A stretch of DNA of 62,674 nt, counting the filler, from Choristocarpus tenellus KU-1152 (Eukaryota; Protista; Phaeophyceae), in assembly GCA_964200185.2 (NCBI GenBank). It is 8 parts of 8 records of this genome, joined end to end, with 100 filler letters (N's around TTAATTAATTAA, not from the genome) between each part and the next. Parts side by side here need not be neighbours in the genome. Positions count along the whole stretch, not along the records: positions 16,961 to 30,373 come from CAXNAD020001501.1; positions 30,474 to 35,128 come from CAXNAD020013613.1; positions 35,229 to 41,685 come from CAXNAD020008103.1; 5 more parts are not named here. One strand, given 5' to 3'. Shown piece after piece: positions 26,036-37,747 of this stretch. A program made the position numbers and the translations under genes. Under the pieces are notes generated by a model. The model ran no database searches. It saw only the letters and a list, made by a program, of their open reading frames with translations, and was not told the origin of the DNA. Every line of letters begins with the position of its first letter. Position 1 is the stretch's first letter.

Positions 26036-26307
26036 TTATACTGGTAGTGATGTCTTATGTTATGTCTTCTGTTATATTGGTAGTGATGTCTTATGATATG
26101 CCTTATGTTTTATTGGTAGTGATGTCTTATGTTATGTCTTATGTTGTATTGGTAGTGATGTCTTGTGTATGTCTTATGTTATTTTGGTAGTGATGTCTTA
26201 TGATATGTCTTATGTTATATTGGTAGTGATGTCTTATGATATGTCTTATGTTATATTGGTAGTGATGTCTTATGATATGTCTTATGTTATATTGGTAGGG
26301 ATGTCTT
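26036..26307. repeat. ~36-bp minisatellite, ~7.5 copies (tattggtagtgatgtcttatgatatgtcttatgtta)
   Basis: Directly visible; the terminal copy overlaps the stop codon of the minus-strand gene. Confidence 0.93.
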
Positions 26308-29300
26308 TTGTAGTCGAGCTTGTCGTCGCTGCTCTGCTCTGAAGCTCTTTGCAGACTTGATTTTCACAGCAGCACGATTAGGCACAAAGCCACAGGAATT
26401 ATCTGGAGATAGTGTCCATTGAACAAAAATGTATCGAAGTATCAATTGATGTGTGACATGTGCATGTTAGGAGAGGTGATGGGCAGAAGGAATCAACATC
26501 AACATTACCTTATCTTGAAAGGAAAGAAATAGGACTTTTTGGGGTGTAGGCCGCAAACTAGTCTCAAAATTCCTATATCCAAAAACTTTAAAAAGCTGGG
26601 TAAGCAGGAGAGTAGGGGCATTGATTGCTGATAGTGAAAGCAATACCCCCAGATTACGTCAACTATTTGTACCTCAATGACATTCAACCCTACTTCTCTT
26701 TCACTCACTAAAGGCAGTTGCAATGATAAGGTATGAAAGAGGTGGTAAGAAAGTGAGGGAAACAACAGTTGGAACAAGGTGGCACACATTGTAGGTGGTG
26801 TGTCCCTGTGTTGCATTGAGTCAATAGGACTCATTCCCCCTACAACCTCCCTGCTTTTTGACTAAATTTTCTAAATATTTTTTAATTCTTACTCAGAACA
26901 AGCGGTTATTAATTTTTGTGTCCAATTATGTCTACTTCAACACAACAGCATTAATAGTAGCCATGCACCAAATCAGATCATATCACGTTAACTATTGTTG
27001 TTCCTGTTGGATAGGGTACAGCAAGCCAACACTCCAGCTCATAGGTAGGGGAAAGGTTTTCCCACTCAGGTGTGCTGGTGGAATGATTGTTTTTGAAGTT
27101 AAGGGGAAAAAATGTTCCATGTTTGTTCTATTTTTCTACCACAGATGCAATTCTTTTGTTAAATGGATACCAGTTGGGGTTGGGGTTGAAAGGTATCTCA
27201 CCCTCTTCTGCAGCACTCAAACTCTCCAATCCTATCTCTGGGAAGGTGGTTGTTTTGTCCTCCTCATGCCTCCGACTTAGTAGCTGAGGAGCCACTCTCA
27301 CCTGCAGCATCAACCCCTCTGTTAGTGTAATAATAACAATTCGAATGTACTCGGGACTACTCTCTGTGTTGTGTTGTCTTCAGTAGTGCAGGTTCTGTGT
27401 TTCTAGCCCTAACCCTAGTATCCTAGAGGAGGGTTCAGGCGTCCATTCAGGGCCGGTGTGAAGCTGGAGAGATTTTAATGTCATCTAAGTGAACGTGCCA
27501 AGATGTAACGGCAATTTGCTTCATCCAAACGCACCTCCCTTTTCCATCCCCCCTAACCCTAGACCAAATACGCTGAATACAAACGGAAAATCACCGAGTA
27601 CGAAATGGGCATCAATCAAACTGAAGTATCTTACAACCAACACCCCATCAAGCCCTGAATGGACAACCTGGGCTAAATGTCCCCCCCCCCCTCTAAGATA
27701 ATATGGCACTTTGTTTTTGAGGGATCCTGTGTACGCATGATGTGATGACATGTGATACTATAGCAAGGATGTGATGACTGAAGACTTGGCCAACTTCCTT
27801 CACCCTACTTTGATGGAGTGATCCTGTTGTCTGTTGACTCTGCATTGGAACATTGATGTTCTGATTCATTGGATATGGAGTGATGATGCAATAGGTTTGG
27901 TGATGCCTGCTTGGTGTTCAACTCCTTCGACTCTTGTAGTGTATCAAAGGGTATGGGGGATGATTGAGGATAAGGTCGTTTGACTGTATTTAATGTGATT
28001 TTCCACATATTGGAGACAACTGGATTTAGCTGGTCAGGGTGGGTATATCCCATAACAGTTTGGTTGAGGTCATCAAGCAAGTGATCACACTTTAGATCAA
28101 GCTAAGGGTAGGTGTTTGATCTACATGTAAATAATTCACACATCACACTACTACAAAATGCATGTTGCAATACATGTTACACTACTAAATCCTGTTAGTT
28201 TGACCTACTTGATTGAAGTACTTGTGTTCATATCTAGCCATCTTTTGATTTGATATCCTCAATTCATAGTTCCTAAATCAATGCAATGTTTTAGTCAAAG
28301 AACGTTTGGTTGGAATGAGCAGGGATAGGTGAAATTTTGATTCAAAACTCCACATATCTTCCGTTTGGCATACATCTTAGGTATCAACACGATACTTGCC
28401 TTTGGAGAAACAAATTGCTGGAGTGCAGCCTCAATCTCCGCAGGACGGGCCACACTCAGCTCAAGACTATTCTGACTGCTTCCTTCCATAAGACTGTTCC
28501 CTGATACACCACTGCCTCCACCTCCAACCCGCCCACCATTACCTTCCCCTCGTTTCTGTATGGAGCGGTCCTTCTCTTCCACAAGAGAGTCTAGGGTAAA
28601 TTCCAGTAGGCGAATCTGAAGAGGTGACGGAAATCGACCCAAGGCTGTTGAGGTGTACAACTTGACTGTGGCAGGGAGAGTGGTGTTGTGTTTTCGAATG
28701 GTACTGCAACATGTTGCTTGGTGGAAAAGGTATGCACTTGTCCACCTTAATGATATATTTTATTATTGTTGTTATGGGTGTTGTAACTGTGTAAGGAATT
28801 GAGCCAATAGGAGACATTAGCCTTTCAACATCTCCAACCCACTTCATCTTTTTGTCAATACTTACAATGTATGTGTATCTATATATTTTTATTTATATTT
28901 ATATTTATATTGTCTACTTCATTCATACCAAAACCAGCAATTGTCACCATAGTCTAAGCATTAAACATCCGAAATGTGTACAAACCATTTCTGGAATTTG
29001 AGAGTCATTCTCTGAATCTGGTGCCCCTAGCAGGTCACATATGTGACCCAGCCCTGACACAGTGTGCCTTTGAAGGTTCTCCATGGCCTCAGTGCGTTCT
29101 TTTGATCTCTTCAGTCGTGCCTGTTGTGATATAGAAGAGGAATTGAACCGATTAGTAACATGATTAGGGTTAGGGTTAGGGTTTACAGAAATAAAATATT
29201 CACAATGGTTTAGGGTTAGGGTTAGTCATTTTCTTCCTCCAGCTGTCATCCAAGACAAGAAATATGGTGCTGGAGTGCTATACAAAACACTCCATGCAGC

Positions 29301-29662
29301 TGTGTTTTTTATTGCGTGGAATGTGTCTGGAATGTGTCTGGAATAAGTGGTGATAGTAGTACTCATGAAAAAGGAAATATCTGTGAAAAAAGACTCACAT
29401 CTGGTTATTATATCTGTGTGATGGGTTGTGTTGCATTAAATAATCCCTCTTTGAAGCATTCAAAATAGAGGTCAGGGCCAACATGAAATAGGTGTTTGAA
29501 GTTAGGGTTAGGGTTAACATGTGTGTGCGAGAGAGAGTGATGTGAAGTTAGGGTTAGGGTTATTTGTATACAACATCTCTTGCAATCACCACCTGGGCTT
29601 TGTTAAGACGCTGGTGAAGGTCTCGTGCCTCTTTGTTGCCCCCAATGGAAAGTGAGTTGTAC
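26287..29662 (-). CDS. 3' five exons of a coiled-coil protein, tentatively outer-dynein-arm docking complex-like
   Basis: Phase-compatible exons 29662-29593, 29120-28986, 28615-28400, 27301-27202, 26402-26287 give ...EARDLHQRLNKAQ|ARLKRSKERTEAMENLQ..SGLGHICDLLG...|IRLLEFTLDSLVEEK...SPK|VRVAPQL...|DNSCGFVPNRAAVKIKSAKSFRAEQRRQARLQKTSLPI*. Gene structure is solid; family assignment is weak. Confidence 0.7.
27417..27710. mobile_element. Diverged MITE with TIRs related to the GAGTGAAAGTATCTTAGAGGG family
   Basis: Inverted pairs tatcctagagg/cctctaagata and gtccattcagggc/gccctgaatggac; internal sequence differs from the other copies. Confidence 0.55.
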
Positions 29663-29767
29663 CTTGTAGTTGTACCAGGGGAAGTGGGAAAGTGGGAACA
29701 AAATCAAACTTAGTTTGGAATGCTTACTCAGGGTCGTTGGAAATGGTATTGGACAAGAGTACATTGC

Positions 29768-30184
29768 AGTACCATGTAGTACCATGTAGTACCATGTAGT
29801 ACCATCTAGTACCATCTAGTACCATGTAGTACCATGTAGTACCATGTAGTACCATCTAGTACCATCTAGTACCATGTAGTACCATCTAGTACCATGTAGT
29901 ACCATGTAGTACCATGTAGTACAATGTAGTACCATGTAGTACCATGTAGTACCATGTAGTACCATGTAATACCATGTAGTACCATGTAGTACCATGTAGT
30001 ACCATGTAGTACCATCTAGTACCATCTAGTACCATCTAGTACCATCTAGTACCATCTAGTACCATCTAGTACCATCTAGTACCTTGTAGTACCATGTAGT
30101 ACCATGTAGTACCATGTAGTACCATGTAGTACCATGTAGTACCATCTAGTACCATCTAGTACCATCTAGTACCATGTAGTACCA
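29768..30184. repeat. 10-bp tandem repeat (agtaccatgt/agtaccatct), ~42 copies
   Basis: Directly visible; the source of the spurious MVLHGTTWYY ORFs. Confidence 0.97.
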
Positions 30185-30473
30185 CGTATCAGAAATGTAC
30201 CGTTTTCATTGATGACATGTTGAAAGTTCGAATCTTTTTTTGTTGTAGCACACATGGTAGATAGAGAAGGTGAATCCCTCAAATCTAATTTTGTCACACT
30301 CTTGAAAATAGAACAGACTTCAATATCCACTGCACAACCCCCATCGATACCCATCCCCATTGATACCCATCCCNNNNNNNNNNNNNNNNNNNNNNNNNNN
30401 NNNNNNNNNNNNNNNNNTTAATTAATTAANNNNNNNNNNNNNNNNNNNNNNNNNNNNNNNNNNNNNNNNNNNN

Positions 30474-30540
30474 ATGTCAAGCCAAGCCCCACAAAGGGAC
30501 AAACAGGGAAAAATTCGTACCCTCTAAGATAGTTTCACTC
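30474..30540 (-). mobile_element. Terminal fragment of the Sola-like MITE, truncated by the gap
   Basis: aagccaagccccacaaa..gacaa...cgtaccctctaagatagtttcactc matches the end of the copies at 39586, 40595 and 41786. Confidence 0.8.
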
Positions 30541-33500
30541 ACATTTGTAAAAATAGACGAAATTTGGACCTATTTGTCAGCATCCTTCGAGCGCAACTCT
30601 GGATACCTCTCACGTTTACTTTGACTCACAACCCCTAACCCGTGCGTGAATAATATGTTGCTGAGTTCGTATGTGTCGTGTTTGGTTGTGCTGTGGCTAG
30701 CTTGTAGTGGGTGTCATAGTGGAACAAAGTACAGTGAGTTGGTTCTGGTAGATCTGACTACAAGTTTTGCTCAATCAGATTATGGTTGATCTGAAAGTAT
30801 GGTCATTCATTGAGACGCTCAAATGAAGAAATGCATACTCTCTGGAGAATCTTGTCACCTTCTATGAGAAGGGTTTCTGAGGATGTTTTTAACTCTGATT
30901 ATATTGCATCCCAGTGTGTATCAGGTACACATTGTACAGAATGAGCATTATGTATTATGAGGGGGCAATGCCAGCCAAGAAAAATAACAACCAACACATG
31001 ATGTACAACTGAAGACTTCTGATGCGAAGAAGAAAGAGGAAAAAAAAGAACAAAGAAGAAACAAGAAGACAAACTCGAATCAATATCTGACGGAACTCGT
31101 GTGGCACATAGCATGCCTGTATGTGTGATAGGTAGCGACTGTTGTTATGCTTCCCATGTACTGTGATGTTCTTAAAAAATGATCTTGAGATGATGAGTTG
31201 GTGATGTGAGTGGAAGTAACGACCAGTGCAATGGACATACCAACATTCACTATGAACTGGTGATACTGTATTGTATCAAGATAAATCGAATGAGTAGCCT
31301 ATGTTTGAAAAAATGATCCAAAGATTGTTTGAAGAGGTTAAAAAGTTTGATAGTGGGTATTCCTGAACATAGAGATGTTGTAGTCCATAGGGGAATACCC
31401 CCTTCTTTAGGAATCACAGGGTAGGGGAACCCCAATTCAAATGCTTCTCACCTCATATTCGAGCCATTTTGACGTCACCATAAAACATTTCGGATTGTTT
31501 TCGAACCATTTTGATCCATTTTCGAAATTTGGACGCGCTCTTGGGGACGTTTTAAAGATATTTTTCCAACTCTTTGGCGACGTTTTGTTGGATATTTGAT
31601 GGAGTCTTTGGGGACGCTTCGTGGGGCGAATAAATCGTTTGAAACGGTTTTCAATATCTCTGTCACATGTTAATGTAAGGAGTTTGTACAATTTTATTGA
31701 AGTTCTTTCCACACTCTTCCATGGAATAATGATTAACAAAGCTGTTGTTAGAGATTGAGGTGTCCAGTTCATATGGGAGTCAAATGCTTCTTTGCATAAA
31801 GTATCGCCCAATGTGTGGGATCTCGCGGATATTCTGATCTTACGCACACCACAACAGCGCGTATGTGCGAAAAAATATTGACTACGAAAAAACATAGTTA
31901 AAAGGGGTTCAATATTGTCAAGATCTTGATTTTCTTTGATTAAATGCATTGGCTGGAAACAAGTGTCATTATTCACAACACTAAAATTTTGCAAGTATAG
32001 TATTTCCATTTTTTTCGGCAGTTCTTCAACTTCAACGTTGCATTTGGACTAATTGTACATCATAGTCCAGGTTCATAAATCCAGGAGTATTTTGCGATTG
32101 TTTCGAGTGTGCACAATTTATACAGAGGTCTGAATGAAACAAATAAAGGAGATTATGTTACATTTTTTGCAGTCTAAGTACTTTGAGAAGATAACCGACC
32201 TGTATGGCAATGTCGCACACCTCATGCTATTAATTAATCAATACCATACAAATTAGTTGTGCCAGGTAACTTGGAGTCCTCCATAATACTAGTGTGGTCA
32301 CTACCTGTTCTTGTATCCATGGGTTATCAGGGTTGAGCCGCCTTTGGCTCCCAAAGACTAGTGCAAGAGGTCAGAGTAAACAATGATGCAGCAGAACGGG
32401 TAGATTTATGGAATCAACCGTTACACACAAATCTGACTGGGTTTGAAGGACAAGGACAATCGAGAGATCAGAATGCGACCCCAGTTGGAACTTCGTCATG
32501 TGAATCTAGTTGATTGTAATAGAGTGTATCTCTGCAGCACACATGTATGACCACAGAATAAGCATGTGTTGTCATAATGGGTCCTTTTTCGTTGGTTTTC
32601 TGTATGAGATAATTTGTGGTATTAAGGGTCTAGCCTTGCAGCATCTTCAAATGAAAGATCTATGCCAGGAAATTCGTGCACCTGGCATAGGTGTATTTGC
32701 AGCATTTATTCAGGAGGAGTGCAACAAGAGGAGGAAGAAACAGAATGAAACATAGATAGAGGTGGAGAGCGAATGTATGTTGTGGACCACAGCGGATCAC
32801 ATGGTTAGAGCGCCTGTCTGGAGTCTCCAATGTGTTGCGTTTTAAGTCAAATTCGAGGTGAGCTTAAATATCTGTGTGGAGGATTTCCCTGATACCTATT
32901 GGATACCACCAGTTGAACCATTGTGAGGAGCTGCCTTGGAGTGTGGGTGTGACAGATCTAGGTTTTTAGACTGGCCTATTTGACAGGCTTCTGCACGTAT
33001 TGTGTTTTTCTGTATAAGAGAATATGTGCGGGAAAATGTTTTTTGTATTAAAACCTCAGCAAAAGGTAATCCCCCTCCAGGAATAGCCTCACCTCAGTTA
33101 TGGGCCCCCACATTGTAGCCATCATGCTATTTTTTTTTCTCTCCTGAAAAGAGGAAGAAGTATTTTGCGTAGCATAAACCTCAAATGTTTCCAAATTGAG
33201 TGCTTTCAGAGTTTGAAGTTGTTCTCACACAACCAAATTGTGCGAAAAATACTAGATTGACCAGGGAAAGAGATGTCACATCAATTTTTGAGACCTCAAG
33301 ATGGACCTATGAAGGACATGCATTGCCTGCTCGAGGACCATATTTTTTTAATAGTACATCTTTGACCACCAAGTACAGATGTTTCTGCTGCTACACGCAG
33401 GAAATTGCTTTATTGGAGGAAGTCGCATCGTAAATTGTGCGGTGTGATTGTTTGTAATCTGGAAAAACGAATATACTTTTGGTCCAACCACTTCTTATCC

Positions 33501-33838
33501 ATGATATCTTTTTTTAAATAGGGGCGCTACTTCGAGCCAAATACCATAGGTCCTAATCATTTAATGTATTCTACGCTCTCAACGTGTCTGGCATTCTCTT
33601 TGCACCGTGTGTCCGGCGGTTACTAAGATACTATATTACAATCAGTGTTGAGCCAGACCATTATCAATGTGCTCAATCATTGCCCCACGCTCCACACATC
33701 GTAAACTCAAAACACTTTCACATGCAACAAATAAGGAGGAGAGATTACGGACACCCAATCACAGACTGCTGCAGTCGACACCTTCTTCGCTGTAGGTCAG
33801 AATCAGCAAGCCTATGAAAGCACACGGCTTAGATCATG

Positions 33839-34338
33839 TTAACTTTGCAGCTCTACGAGATCAATATTCGCTTCGTCATCCACATCAGCATCAGCGAGAC
33901 TCAGACCATCGCATAGCACACACCCATTATACCTTAGTTCCTGCTTTCTAACACTGATTCCCTCCTGGCCTTCGAGTATTTGTTTCACCTTGAGAATTGT
34001 ATCAGTGGGGTCGACATCGAGAACAAAGAAGTTACCATCCTTCGCGCCTACAAATATTTTTTTGCCGCGAAGCTCCATGTACAGGGTATCGCCAGATTGC
34101 ACACCATTGGACGAGATTGTGCTCAAGTTTTCCATCCAACTCCCTGTATGCATGACCGCAAGGCGTTGTCTACCAAATTCAAAGCCTTGAGTGGCCTCTA
34201 TCTTTCGCTTGACAGCATCTATGGTGTCGCCTTGCTCCACATCAACCTTAAATGTATCGGTCATGCTTGGGGTACTGATGAAGATTTGCATCTGATCACT
34301 TGTTCTGAGTAGTTCGGTGATGTCTCCTGGGGACAAAC
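33839..34338 (-). CDS. Protein, or terminal exon, with two tandem divergent ubiquitin-like domains and no C-terminal di-Gly
   Basis: MQIFIS..FKVDVEQGDTIDAVKRKIEATQG....QRL...TLYMELRG then KKIFV..FVLDVDPTDTILKVKQILEGQEGI...QELRYNGCVLCDGLSLAD..VDDEANIDLV. AG acceptor before 34338; in-frame ATG at 34291. Confidence 0.85.
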
Positions 34339-34639
34339 CTTAAAGAAATTGGAATGATATGCGCTCACATTTGTGTGACTATTGGTATGAATCTACTGTT
34401 GTACTGTATTAAGTGGTTCGAAATTTCTGGAGTATGGTCAGGCCCTTGGTACCACCACATCTCTTTCATGAATAAATGTATAACCTAACCCAGAAAAAAA
34501 GAGAATATTAGATGTTTCAATAAAGAAAAGAAAATAGAGGTAGGGATAGATGGTCTTTTAAGATGGAAAAATGACAAGATGGGATAGACATCGGTATCCT
34601 CGGAGTGGTAAGGGTAGATGAGGAATCTCAAAGTGTTTC

Positions 34640-35128
34640 TTACTGACTATGGACATGGTGAATTTTGACAGCGACAGGACAATGAGGCTGGCGAGGAAGG
34701 GAGATCTTCCTGGAAAAAAAACTGAAAGATTCAACGAGTGAAAGGGGAGCGACTATTGGAGGTTTGGGAAAGGATAGAAGGGGAAGGAATGGACGGGACC
34801 TATACTCAGCGAATGACAGGGGGGTAGACAATGTACAGGAAAAGCGGAGGAGATGCATAGGAGAACGGGGGAGTAGAATACACCCTCTGGGCAAATTTAC
34901 AGAGCAGTATCGACAGATGAACATGAAGGTCAATGAATTTCTATCAAGGGAAATATTCAAGTATCTGGGGAGGAGTGGCGGCTGTCCATTCGGGACCCAT
35001 TTCTCCATGTCGCGATTTTTGGGTGATTTGGTTGCATGCATCGGTCGGATGGATAATGTAAGAGTGCACTTCCCCTGGTCAGGGATTGAATGGACACCCG
35101 GATGTAGACCCCTCTGTTCGATTAGACC
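34640..35128 (+). mobile_element. Possible decayed non-LTR retrotransposon RT fragment
   Basis: MNMKVN.....FKYLG resembles LINE RT subdomains 6-7; nothing else recognisable. Confidence 0.25.
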
Positions 35129-35524
35129 NNNNNNNNNNNNNNNNNNNNNNNNNNNNNNNNNNNNNNNNNNNNTTAATTAATTAANNNNNNNNNNNNNNNN
35201 NNNNNNNNNNNNNNNNNNNNNNNNNNNNCCCCCAAATCCCCTCCACTCACCCCCCACCTGCGGAGGTCTTCTCTACCCCCATTATTGCGTTCGAGTAACA
35301 GAAGAAACAATACAACCAAAGGAACTGAGACAATCCTTGTGAATCACTTAGCATGCTTTATTCACTCCACATGCTTTTTCCCATCCTCATACAGCATATC
35401 ATAGTATAGCACAGTACATTCCGTCCCAATCAGCAAGATACCCAAGAGAAGTAAAGGACGATGAATACTCCTCTCCTCCCGAGGACCAAGACACCTGCCC
35501 GAGCAGAACAACGCAAGGCCTCAC

Positions 35525-37747
35525 TTTGCAGATGGATTCTTGACCTTGTGACCCTCGTCCAAGACAACATAATCCCAGGGTTTGTCGTGACCTTGAGGGC
35601 CAAAGACGTGGGGTTGTGATGACACCAGACCATACGAAGTAACGCACACACACCCCAATCTTGTCTTTCCCCCACGCAACGCATTCTGGACCATCCTCCT
35701 TCTAGTCTCGTTTCTTGTGCTACTGGTTATGACTGATACCTTGGGGGACGGGGGACGGGAGGGGTACAAAGGGGGACAATCAACGACAAAAAGGCATGCA
35801 AACAAAACAAACTGCTTTCCTGTACAACACTAAAATAAGGATATTCAGGGTTGTGTGATCAGCACCCATCACACCACCACATCTGACTTCCCCCATGGCA
35901 AAACAGCGAGCGGTCCTAGAAATCTAAAAGGTGTCGAGGCATTCACGCAAAGAGTCAGTGAGTGATCGTCCAAGACATCTATAGCACCTGCACATGCATT
36001 CACACAAGGGGTCACAAGCTTGGGGAAAGCTACCCAGACAGGGAGAGGTTGTTGCTTTTCATTGATGAAGAGATGTGTAGTAACTCTCAGGAAATGTCAG
36101 GGAAAAGTTATTTTTGAGGTTCTGCTGGACAGTGTAGGAATCAGTCCATTTACTGTTTGTTTCTTTGAAACGAAATCTTAGCCAGGTAATGGTCAGGACA
36201 CTGTACCTCTACTGATGGGCAGGCTTTGAAGACTATCCACCGTCCGAGCTCCTCTTCCCAGCCGCGTATCACACTCAATGGTGCGACAACGAGGACAGAC
36301 TTTGCTTGGTGAGTTAAAAACAGCCCAGCAAGAAAACAGGCCACCTGCAATGGAGAATACTGCTCTTCAGGTCCAGTCTATTCCGAGAGAAGGCAAGACA
36401 TCGGTTGGATATGTTTGTCTATGCTCTTCTTCCTACTAGCAATAAAAGATGGACAGTTGTACTTCTCATAAACCTTTAACTGAACGATGCTGTGCCATGC
36501 AGCATGTCGATTGCTACAGTTAACAAGTTGCTTCAGATTCCTTTGCCTCCCATAAGATAGCTTGCCTGGACAGTCTTGCCGAGTCCCATATCATCTCCAA
36601 GGATGCCTCCCATGTCTCCCTGATGCAATCCCCAAAGCCACTCTACCCCTTGCCGTTGATGTGGGTACATATTCTTGTAGAGGTTAGCCGGCAGTGACAA
36701 CGCGATCTCATCCAAGCCCCCTGAGGCCTCCAGCTCCCAAAATCGTGACCCTCTCACTGGGCGCCAGGCACCCTCCTGTTCGCTGTCTGCCGACTCCAAA
36801 TGTTCTTTATCCTCTCCCTTGCTTCCATCACTGTCGTAGTTGCACGCGGAACGGTTGGCTACTTCCCCACGAATCGATAAGCTGTTGAGGAGGTGCGTTG
36901 TGTGGTCGAGTAATACGTCTGGCCCGCTAGATATCTTGGATTGGTCGAGAGGAAAGGGATCACACCGTGCTTTTCTCACACCCGAATCGAGGTCACTGCC
37001 TCCAAAGGATGATTCCAGTTTGTTCACATGGTTATCGAACATCGAGGCCTGTGAGCGACTCTGAGGGTTGATCTCCCAATTTTCATTCGTCTCGTCTTCT
37101 ATATCTCCATTTATCTCGTTTTTGCTATATAGATCATTCTCGTCTTCTTCCTTGCATGTGCTGACTTCATCATCACTTACTTCATCAACACTGGAGAATG
37201 ATGAGCTTGCGTATGACCTGCTCGACCTTCTGCTTATATCGGCCTCATCCTCCATTTTGCTTATGTGTGTCCTCTCGCAATCGCTAAGGTTGTAAACAGT
37301 GGAGGATGACGTGCTTTGCTGTGATCCACTTCGAAAGCTCCTGTCACCCAACTCATAATCGGAGCAAAAATGCCTGCCACCTGGATCTCTGCCTCTGGTG
37401 GGCGAGGAATGGTCGCGGCAGCCCTTGTCTGTACTTCCCACAACTGTGTCCACTCCGTCCTTGCTCGTCGATCTTACTGATAAAGGCGCCATCCCAGGTA
37501 GCTCCAAGTTTCCACGGCAGCCTATATTGCTATCATTACCCATGTTTGGGGGCTGGGAAACAACTGTTTTGCGCCCTTTGGCCGGTAGTGGGGTCGCAGT
37601 TCTTGGCGATTCCTCCATGTCGGACTCTGACGATTCGTCGGATGAAGGCATACCGATATTTCCAAGTCTGAATCGGGGTCTATCCCAGTTTCGTGGCGAT
37701 AGGATGCCATCAGGTGGTGTATGGTTACCCTTCATATTGAGTATCAC
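35525..37747 (-). CDS. ERCC6L: SNF2-family ATPase, ERCC6L/PICH (plant CHR24)-like, 5' exons
   Basis: Exons 37747-36566, 36344-36207, 35739-35525: LYKNMYPHQRQGVEWLWGLH..GGILGDDMGLGKTVQ|VACFLAGLF..VLVVAPLSVIRGWEEEL..|..VTSYGL..WDYVVLDEGHKVKNP. The first donor is GC. Continues beyond the contig. Confidence 0.85.

Noticed and set aside
27805-28080. 91-aa minus-strand ORF inside the coiled-coil gene
   Set aside because: It ends in a stop, and the flanking exons join in phase without it.
29603-30360. ORFs with MVLHGTTWYY repeats
   Set aside because: Artefact of the 10-bp tandem array.
31250-33000. 190-aa ORF 31437-32009 and neighbouring short ORFs
   Set aside because: No recognisable motif or splice-supported structure; possibly decayed TE but unsupported.
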